A DNA stretch of 32,000 nucleotides from Puniceicoccales bacterium (GTDB lineage Bacteria; Verrucomicrobiota; Verrucomicrobiia; Opitutales; JAIRLG01), in contig JAITRB010000003.1 of the NCBI GenBank assembly GCA_031288595.1, positions 1 to 32,000 of the forward strand. The letters run 5' to 3'. The notes beneath the pieces were generated by a model. The model was not told the origin of the DNA and ran no database searches. It worked only from the letters and a program-made list of their open reading frames with translations. Both the position numbers and the translations under genes were made by a program. Shown here piece after piece: positions 1-7,151 of the stretch (position 1 is its first letter; each line of letters starts with the position of its first letter).

Positions 1-118
1 GAAGCCTCTGGGGCCAGAAGGTAGAGAGCTCCAGAGAGAGGTCAAGGACCAATGAGTGGAAATTATCGTTGTAGAGCGGACAAAAAATCTCTTTAACAGC
101 GCTGTTTCTGGAGGAAAG

Positions 119-913
119 ATGATGCACACGGCCCTTTTAGATATTCGCGATGCCTATGTTTCCTACGACAAACGCCGCTTCTTCAGCCGTGTCGTGACGC
201 ATTTCTATGCCCTGAATGCGATTTCTCTTCAAGTCCGTCCGGGGGAGTCCGTTGGCCTGGTCGGCGAGAGCGGTAGTGGAAAATCCACGCTCGGGAAAAT
301 GGTGGTGGGTATGCTCCCATTGGCCAGAGGTTCTCTCACATTTCGCGGCCAGAGCTTTCACGGTCGGGAATTCTGCCACCAGCCACTGCGCCTGCGCAAG
401 GAGATCCAGATGGTGCACCAGGACTTTCACGGCACGCTGGATCCGAAGATGAGCATTTTCGGTACCATCGAGGAGGCCCTCGTCCTGCACTTTCCCGAGC
501 ACACCCGTGCCTGGCGGAAGCAGCGGGTGGAGCAGCTGTTGACACAGGTTGGCCTATCGCCGGCCGTGGCCTCCTACTATCCGAGGCAGCTCTCGGGAGG
601 GCAGCGGCAGCGGGTCAATATCGCCCGGGCCCTGGCCGTCGAACCGCATCTCCTGATCTGCGACGAGGTGGTGAGCGCCTTGGATGTCTCCGTTCAGGCC
701 CAGATTCTCAACCTCTTATCCTCGATCCGCGAACAGAGGCCTTTGGCCATGCTCTTCATCTCCCACGACATGGCGGTCGTCGAGCGCATGTGCGACTTCG
801 TATGCGTCCTGAATGCGGGCAAGATGGTCGAAAAGGGTACGGTCGAGGAGGTCTGCTACCATCCCCGTGACCCCTACACCCAAAAGCTCATCCAAGCGGT
901 ACCGGATTTGTAG
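119..913 (+). CDS. ABC transporter ATP-binding protein, peptide/nickel (OppF/DppF-like) family
   Basis: Walker A GESGSGKST, ABC signature LSGGQRQRV and Walker B LLICDEVVSALD are present, with a C-terminal HPRDPYTQKLI oligopeptide-type tail. The ORF opens at a GTG at 56, but the ATG at 119 follows a GGAGGA Shine-Dalgarno. An upstream reading frame closes with TGA at 53-55. Confidence 0.85.
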   Translation: MMHTALLDIRDAYVSYDKRRFFSRVVTHFYALNAISLQVRPGESVGLVGESGSGKSTLGKMVVGMLPLARGSLTFRGQSFHGREFCHQPLRLRKEIQMVHQDFHGTLDPKMSIFGTIEEALVLHFPEHTRAWRKQRVEQLLTQVGLSPAVASYYPRQLSGGQRQRVNIARALAVEPHLLICDEVVSALDVSVQAQILNLLSSIREQRPLAMLFISHDMAVVERMCDFVCVLNAGKMVEKGTVEEVCYHPRDPYTQKLIQAVPDL

Positions 914-2357
914 CGCCGCGAAGCCGAAGGGAATTCTGATCCATTTGCTCATCGCATTTTAGGGCCCATCTGCGCATCGCAGCTGGGTGCCACGTAGGCA
1001 GGTGGGAAAATATCTCTGTTCCCTCTTTCATCAGGAAGAGCCGTTGATCTGTTGCCGGATGAGGGACAGATAGGGTCGAAAATAGAGCTAGGGCCAAAAG
1101 GGAGAAGGTGAAGGGACAGAAACCCTCGTGAAGCGCTTTGAATGATGGAAAAACGCTAAACCTTCGAGTGAAGGAGGATATGCAAAAATGTTCCACCGAT
1201 GAGAGCTAATGACTTACCGAGAGGAAGCGCTCTGGTTCCATGGCGTTCCGGCATCGGCGCTGTTGAGCAGTTTCTCGGCTGAGAAAGAGCCGCGGTCCCT
1301 TTTGCCGGGATAATGATTTGGCCGAAGCGACCGGCAGGGCTTGCCTTAGCCTCTGCGAAAAGTAAGGCCTCTGACGACCGAGTCGTGATCTATGCCGTCG
1401 TGACGAAACCGCTGCCGGCAAGGCATGGGCAGGAATTCCGAAAGCTCGAGCGCCTGTTTCGCGGAAAGGTGTAATCCGTCTCTATGACGAAGGGCAGAAG
1501 AGGCAGCCGCTATGGCGATCCTTAGAGGCATCAGGCATGGAGCGTGACCCATGGCCGCATCGGCGAGACTATTGCTTCTTTCCGGAAATTTACCCAAGGG
1601 GATCTATCTCGATGGCGATTTTTTGCTTCTGAGTTCCTTAGGGTACACATTACCCCTGAATCCTTGTGCCTTGGCGAGCGTGCCGGAGGGGCATTGCGAT
1701 GCCGGATCAATTTTTGCCGGGGTTCAGCAGGAGCCCATGGATGTATGCCTCGGAATGGGTATCGCCGTTTTGCATCAATTCAAGACTTCTGTTCTTGGAT
1801 CTCGAGGGGATACACCGGGAGCGGCTTTTTCCCAAAATGATCCAGTGGTCTGCGGATCATCATCCCGTCTTTCTGGATCAGGATGCCATTAGTGCCGTGT
1901 TTCATGGGTATATTGGGGAGTGTGAAGGTCCTGCAGTGCTGCTACCCAGGCGAATAATAATATTTATTTCCATGATGCATTTTGCCAGATCGCGTGATCC
2001 CTGGAGCATTAATTTCTTTCTCCCGGTGGATCCTTAGTGGCAACTGAAACATTGGAATCAACTCTGGAAATATATCGCGACATACCCGCCGATATCTGGC
2101 ACCGCCAGAGGCAGGAATTCCCTTGGCGACGTCCTGCAGGACTGTATCTCGTCGAACTCGAGCCTTCAATACGAAGAAACAGGGGACCATCTCTATTCCC
2201 ATCTTTACCTTGCTCGCGATTTTCCTCTTTTTGTTCCTCTAGCTCTACCAGTCTCCCTATTGGGAAATGTAAGAACTAGGCGACCGGTGTCAACTCACTC
2301 CCATTTTACTCATTGCACTTTGGGGCCCTAAGGGCAAGCTTGGCGAAAGGTATTTTT

Positions 2358-3116
2358 ATGTCATCATCCATTGGGAAGATTTTGTCGGAAAAACGCCTGG
2401 AGCTCGGCCTTGCGCTTGAAGAGGTAGCGAACACGACCAGGATTCGGGTCGATTATCTAGAGGCAATTGAGCAGGATCAATTGGACTTCAACTTACCGGA
2501 TATCTACAAGCGCGGTTTCATCAAAGCCTATGCCGAGCATCTGGGCCTCGATATTGGAGAAGTGATGAAGGCATGCCCGATTCCCTCCTATGAGGCCCTG
2601 GTATCGAATGAAAAGCGAAGGGGAATGGTCTCGACGGTTGCGCGTAAGCAGGCAGCCTATGTGGCGATAGAAGCGGAGGCGGTGGATGAGGATATGAGTG
2701 CGGAGCATGACAGGCCTTCAGAAGTCCAGGAAGAGCATTTCTCTTATAGGAAAATTGGAATTATCACGGCGGTCGTCGTCGTGTTTTTGGCGACCCTCGT
2801 CGGGATTTTCCATCTCTCTCCAAAACACGCAAAACCGTCCAAGTCTGTGTCGAGTCCTGCGCTGTCCTTTGAAAAAATCGCTCCACATCGGGAAATCCTT
2901 CTGCGGGCGAAGGGAGCTGTGAAGCTCATCGTGCGGGACCGCGATTCCAAGGAAAGAATCTACACCGGTTCTCTGCAGGATGGCGAAGAGCGCTATATCG
3001 AGTACGAAAAGCCCATCCAGGTCTATTACGATAGGGGTGAATTGCTCTCGCTGGAGATGGCCAATGGAGAAATCCTACATCCGGATAAGGGTCGCGGCGG
3101 GATTGAGATCAAATAG
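2358..3116 (+). CDS. RodZ-like cytoskeleton/cell-shape protein (HTH domain, TM segment, DUF4115-like C-terminus)
   Basis: N-terminal HTH IGKILSEKRLELGLALEEVANTTRIRVDYLEAIEQD, a central TM segment IGIITAVVVVFLATLVGIF, and a beta-rich C-terminal tail (LLRAKGAVKLIVRD...GELLSLEMANGE). The ORF opens at a TTG at 2313; the first ATG is at 2358. Confidence 0.7.
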   Translation: MSSSIGKILSEKRLELGLALEEVANTTRIRVDYLEAIEQDQLDFNLPDIYKRGFIKAYAEHLGLDIGEVMKACPIPSYEALVSNEKRRGMVSTVARKQAAYVAIEAEAVDEDMSAEHDRPSEVQEEHFSYRKIGIITAVVVVFLATLVGIFHLSPKHAKPSKSVSSPALSFEKIAPHREILLRAKGAVKLIVRDRDSKERIYTGSLQDGEERYIEYEKPIQVYYDRGELLSLEMANGEILHPDKGRGGIEIK

Positions 3117-3153
3117 ACTATTCCTCTAAAAACAATACCACAAGCCTTGGTTC

Positions 3154-4653
3154 ATGCTGCCGCCGGCCGGAAAGATGAAGAGGGATGCCAAGGATTTTTC
3201 CCGTTACGCGCTCTACCGAAAGCTGAGCCGCTGGGTCTGGATAAGCATCGGCATCGCCATTTTTCTCAGTGTATTCTTCTTCTCGCAAAAATATTTCGTG
3301 CGCTACGACCTTCACAAGAATCGCGCCTCTGTGCTCTCCTCAGAACTCGTCGATGTCCTGAAGGGGCTCAAGGAGCGCGTTGACATCCACGTCATCCTGC
3401 CTGTCCGCGACGATGACTGGACCCAGGACTTCTTGTACTACGTGCGGCGGCTGTTGCGCGAATGCGTGGCCCTCTGTCCCCAAAAATTGCGCGTCCATTA
3501 CGCGAACGCAATACAAGTATCCGCTGCTCTGAGAAATCTGGGAAGCGATCCCTCCTTATCTTTGGAGGATTATTCCTTGCTGTTGATCTCTCGGGAGAGT
3601 GTCCGCACTATCGACGGGAAAAAACTCTTCCGCCTCTGCCCGAGGGGCCGCATGGAATTTCATGGAGAGTCTGAGTTGCAGCATCAGCTGCAGGTGCTGC
3701 AACAGCCCTTTAGGAAGAAGATTTATTTCCTCACCGGGCATGGCGAAATGGCCCTGCGCAGTACGCATGAGACCAAGGGCCTTTCCGGCGCCACTTCATT
3801 TCTGGAAAAGAATCACTATCGACTGGAGGAGCTGGAGCTGATGCAGAGGGCAGAAGTTCCCCAGGATGCCGATGCCATTGTGATCGTCGGCGCCATATCT
3901 CCGCTGATGAAGGCGGAACTTGCCCTCTTAGAACGCTATCTGGATGAGCGCTCGGGACGGATTCTAGTCTTTCTCTCCCCGCTCTGTCCGCATGGTTTGG
4001 AATGGCTATTCTTCCATCGTGGCATCTGGGCGGACCCTCATCGGGTGGCCGAAGCCCCTCCGGAAAGCCGACTGCCATCCGATGAGATCATCGTCCGTCG
4101 CTTTGCCGAACATGCGGCGATGGAGACGGTATACCAGAAGGGGCTGGGTGTGCTGATGAGCCGCGTGCAGGCCGTTCAGCCCGATATCGGTGCCCCTTTG
4201 CTCGACCACCAACACGTCATCCCTCTCCTCTGGACCTCCGATAACGCCCATCTTCTGGATGAAGAGTTCCCGAAAGAAGAGAGGGGAGGGGAGGCCGCAT
4301 CTTCGCCGGAGAGGACGAACGGACTCTTCTCCTTAGGCAGTCTTTCGGAGCGCACTTCGCCCCCCGAACTGGGAGTCGCGATGGATCACGGCAAACTCAT
4401 CGTGATTGGCAATGCCGATGCTCTGGGCAATACCTGCATCCAATCGCTGGGCAATCGTTATTTCCTGCTGGGGCTTCTCCAATACCTCCTGAATGAGAGC
4501 GCTGATCTCTCGCTGCCTTCGGTGGAAGTGGCCGAATATCGCCTGCAGCTGACGAGGGCCCAGCTCCAGAAATGCTGGAAACTCTTTTTTCTCCCGGGAC
4601 TTTTGGCCCTGTTTTTTGGTTTTGGCGTCTATCTAGCCCGACGGGATTCCTGA
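3154..4653 (+). CDS. GldG-like auxiliary protein (ABC-type uncharacterized transport system family)
   Basis: N- and C-terminal TM anchors (WVWISIGIAIFLSVFFF and FFLPGLLALFFGFGVYL) flank a large extracytoplasmic domain. Segments typical of GldG-type proteins are present (KIYFLTGHGE, ADAIVIVGAISPL, KLIVIGNADAL). An alternative ATG lies at 3175. Confidence 0.55.
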   Translation: MLPPAGKMKRDAKDFSRYALYRKLSRWVWISIGIAIFLSVFFFSQKYFVRYDLHKNRASVLSSELVDVLKGLKERVDIHVILPVRDDDWTQDFLYYVRRLLRECVALCPQKLRVHYANAIQVSAALRNLGSDPSLSLEDYSLLLISRESVRTIDGKKLFRLCPRGRMEFHGESELQHQLQVLQQPFRKKIYFLTGHGEMALRSTHETKGLSGATSFLEKNHYRLEELELMQRAEVPQDADAIVIVGAISPLMKAELALLERYLDERSGRILVFLSPLCPHGLEWLFFHRGIWADPHRVAEAPPESRLPSDEIIVRRFAEHAAMETVYQKGLGVLMSRVQAVQPDIGAPLLDHQHVIPLLWTSDNAHLLDEEFPKEERGGEAASSPERTNGLFSLGSLSERTSPPELGVAMDHGKLIVIGNADALGNTCIQSLGNRYFLLGLLQYLLNESADLSLPSVEVAEYRLQLTRAQLQKCWKLFFLPGLLALFFGFGVYLARRDS

Positions 4654-4655
4654 AA

Positions 4656-5570
4656 ATGTCCCTGCCACTTCGCCTCTTTTCCCTCCTCGCGCTCTTTTTC
4701 GCTTCGCTCTTCCTCAGCCTTAGGTGCTACCGGATGCTTATCGCTCCTCATGAACCCGGGACAATCGGGGGTGAAACGCCACCGAGGGTGATTCGGCTGA
4801 TCGATTTGAACTCCGGTGCTCGATGGGAGTGGCATCAGGAGGCACACCGTCTCGGTTGGCAGATGCGGTATCCTGTATCTTGGCCGGCCAATCCGTTCTT
4901 CGTCGATCAACTGCTCTCTGGACTGGCCTCGGTGAAGAACCTGGAGCTGAAGGGGGAGCCTCTTCCCTTGGAAAAATCCCATGAGGGAAAGATGGAACTG
5001 AGTTTCCTTTCCGCCGAAAGGGAGGATTCGTTCGTGCTCTCCGGAACGGCTGTTTGGAGCAAGGGGCAAAAACGCGATCTTCCCTTGCCGGAGGACTGGA
5101 AGGCAGTGCTCAATCCTCTATGGCAAGAGATGCTGATGACAAGGCTCTGGGATTGGGAATTGGCTGCCGTCGATGGGATGATTTTGGAATTCCCCAAAAA
5201 GGAGGAACGCCATGTTTTTTCGAGACGGGAGGGCATTTGGAGCGCAGAGAACTTTCCTGCTCTATCCTCGGAAAAGCTGGACACTTTGCTGGCTTCGATT
5301 TTACGCTTGGAAGTCGAACAATTCCTGCCAGAGCAGGAAGAGAATGTCTTGACCCTGGGCCTCCAGGTGCCCGATTGCCGCCTGACCCTGTTCTGCAGGT
5401 ATGAGTCCCATGTGCTGGAAATCGGAAAGTCGTTCTATAAGAAATCCCAGCTGCGCTTCGCCAAGAGGCCGCCCTGTGGAGCGATTTTTTCCCTACCCTG
5501 CGATTTTTTACAGGGACTCTCCGATCCTCATGGCTACTTTGGCGAGGATTTTCCCCAAAATGCCTCCTGA
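4656..5570 (+). CDS. membrane-anchored hypothetical protein, probable DUF4340-like partner of the GldG-like protein
   Basis: Signal-anchor MSLPLRLFSLLALFFASLFLSL. The ATG at 4656 lies 2 nt after the GldG-like stop codon (TGA 4651-4653), which is the usual genomic position of DUF4340 proteins. I recognise no catalytic motif. The tracked ORF start at 4572 overlaps the upstream gene. Confidence 0.4.
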   Translation: MSLPLRLFSLLALFFASLFLSLRCYRMLIAPHEPGTIGGETPPRVIRLIDLNSGARWEWHQEAHRLGWQMRYPVSWPANPFFVDQLLSGLASVKNLELKGEPLPLEKSHEGKMELSFLSAEREDSFVLSGTAVWSKGQKRDLPLPEDWKAVLNPLWQEMLMTRLWDWELAAVDGMILEFPKKEERHVFSRREGIWSAENFPALSSEKLDTLLASILRLEVEQFLPEQEENVLTLGLQVPDCRLTLFCRYESHVLEIGKSFYKKSQLRFAKRPPCGAIFSLPCDFLQGLSDPHGYFGEDFPQNAS

Positions 5571-5594
5571 GCGGAAATTCATCCTCTGTTCCGC

Positions 5595-6707
5595 ATGGCC
5601 ATGAAGTCGCATCGCATCCTCATCGCCTGTGGAGGTTCTGGTGGACATTTGGCTCCGGGCATCGCTCTGGCCGAGGAGCTGTCGGGGCGCGGCTACCAGC
5701 CGGTGCTTTTCGTGAGCTCGAAGGCAGTGGATCGCCAGATTTTGGCCAAATATCCCCCATGGCCGGTCTTTTTTTTACCGGCGATACCCTTTTCGAAAAA
5801 ACTGTGGACCTTCCCCCGTTTCAGCTATCTGCAATTTATCTCCTTCATCCAAACGTTTCATTTTCTGAGCAGGAGTCCCGCTGCAGCGATCATCGTGACG
5901 GGAGGTTTCACCTCGCCACCGGTGGCGTTGGCTGGGTTTTTAAAAAAAATTCCCATTTTCATCCACGAGTCCAACCGGATTCCCGGGAAAGTGACGCGCC
6001 ATCTGGCGAGGCTTGCCCAGCGCGTCTACATGCCGTCGGAATGGGCCATGGGCAGAACTTCTCCGAGCTGGCAGCGCAGGTTTAAACCCATGGGCTATCC
6101 CCTGCGCTCGGAATTTTTCAGCCCCGAGGCCATTCCCCAGGAGAGTTTCCCGAAGAATGATGAAAAGGGCCTGAGTTTTCTCCTGCTCGGAGGAAGTCAG
6201 GGCGCATGGGCGCTCAATCGGTGGTTCGGCGAGCACGTTGAAGAACTGGTCCCTCTAGCGGGCCATTGGGTCTGCGTGACCGGCCAGAGCTATTACGAGG
6301 AATATGGGGAAGATTTAAGAAAAATACGGCAAAAACATCCCTCGGTGGAGTTTCTTCCCTTCTGCGAACATATGCCTCTGCTGTTGGCCGAAGCCGATCT
6401 CGTCATCGCCCGTGCAGGGGCCGGTAGCATCGCGGAATGCCTGCACTGCGAAGCGCCGATGGTGCTCGTTCCCTTGCCGTCGTCGGCCGATGATCACCAG
6501 CAGGCCAATGCGGCATGGGTCCAAGCCCTGGGCTGTGCCTGTGTGGTCAGACAGGAAAATTTAGATCTCCTGCTACCGCTACTCCGGTGGCTCCACGCGG
6601 CGACTGGTATTTTGCAGCACATGCGCCGCAAGATCCGTGATAGGGCCAAAGCGGATGTACGTCGATTAATCGCAGACGATATGGTGGCCTCCATAGATGG
6701 AGCTTAG
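5595..6707 (+). CDS. murG: UDP-N-acetylglucosamine--N-acetylmuramyl-(pentapeptide) pyrophosphoryl-undecaprenol N-acetylglucosamine transferase
   Basis: N-terminal glycine loop ILIACGGSGGHLAPGIALAEEL, mid-protein LLLGGSQGA, and the C-terminal donor-binding region ARAGAGSIAE...PLPSSADDHQQANA. The length (370 aa) is typical of MurG. Confidence 0.85.
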   Translation: MAMKSHRILIACGGSGGHLAPGIALAEELSGRGYQPVLFVSSKAVDRQILAKYPPWPVFFLPAIPFSKKLWTFPRFSYLQFISFIQTFHFLSRSPAAAIIVTGGFTSPPVALAGFLKKIPIFIHESNRIPGKVTRHLARLAQRVYMPSEWAMGRTSPSWQRRFKPMGYPLRSEFFSPEAIPQESFPKNDEKGLSFLLLGGSQGAWALNRWFGEHVEELVPLAGHWVCVTGQSYYEEYGEDLRKIRQKHPSVEFLPFCEHMPLLLAEADLVIARAGAGSIAECLHCEAPMVLVPLPSSADDHQQANAAWVQALGCACVVRQENLDLLLPLLRWLHAATGILQHMRRKIRDRAKADVRRLIADDMVASIDGA

Positions 6708-6808
6708 GGAGGATTGGAATTTTAAAAGAGGAGCCGTGCACAGGCGAGTTTCAAAAAAGACCCTCCTCATCCCGGCCGATCAGCATTCAGAGGCACGGCG
6801 GGCAGCTA

Positions 6809-6901
6809 TGGCGGAGAGAGAGGGATTCGAACCCTCGGATCCCCTTTTGGAGGATCACCTTCTTAGCAGGAAGGCGCTTTCGACCACTCAGCCATCTCTC
6901 C
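6809..6901 (-). tRNA. tRNA-Ser(GCT), class II with long variable arm, CCA encoded
   Basis: The reverse complement reads GGAGAGATGGCTGAGTGGTCGAAAGCGCCTTCCTGCTAAGAAGGTGATCCTCCAAAAGGGGATCCGAGGGTTCGAATCCCTCTCTCTCCGCCA. It has a 7-bp acceptor stem GGAGAGA/TCTCTCC, an anticodon loop CTGCTAA and a T-arm GAGGG-TTCGAAT-CCCTC. Confidence 0.93.
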
Positions 6902-6981
6902 CGGATCTTCCTCGTTGGCAACTAAAAGGACATCCTCCGAAGGTCAAGGTCGCTCTCAGGGTGAATGGCCTGTCCTTGGGT

Positions 6982-7079
6982 TTGCCGCCTTTGGAGCCCT
7001 TCGGGCTCCGGCCCGCGCAGCGGGCCGTGCCGAGAGAAAATGAACTTGTCTTTCATTTTCTCTCGGCCAAAGGCGGCAA
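6982..7079. repeat. structured intergenic palindromic element, copy 1 (four-way junction)
   Basis: 13-bp closing stem TTGCCGCCTTTGG (6982-6994) / CCAAAGGCGGCAA (7067-7079). It encloses hairpins AGCCC-TTC-GGGCT (6995-7007), GGCCCGC-GCA-GCGGGCC (7010-7026) and CCGAGAGAAAATGAA-CTTGTCT-TTCATTTTCTCTCGG (7030-7066). Confidence 0.8.
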
Positions 7080-7151
7080 CAAACAAGCCATAAATTCTAG
7101 CCGATCGAGCTGGATTAGCTCCGATTGAGCCAGATCACCTGGATTTTCGAC

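Noticed and set aside
2-55. Open frame ending at TGA 53-55, possibly the C-terminus of an upstream OppD-like ATPase.
   Set aside because: Only 17 codons are visible, which is too little to identify. I note it only as context for the start of the next gene.
6715-6730. GGAATTTTAAAAGAGG, a 13/16 match to the 16-bp repeat that flanks tRNA-Ser(GGA), located near tRNA-Ser(GCT).
   Set aside because: It is imperfect, it is in the opposite orientation relative to its tRNA, and it overlaps the murG stop region. It is most likely coincidence.
6697-7128. 143-aa + strand ORF.
   Set aside because: It overlaps tRNA-Ser(GCT) and the structured palindromic element. The reading frame is a by-product of those sequences.
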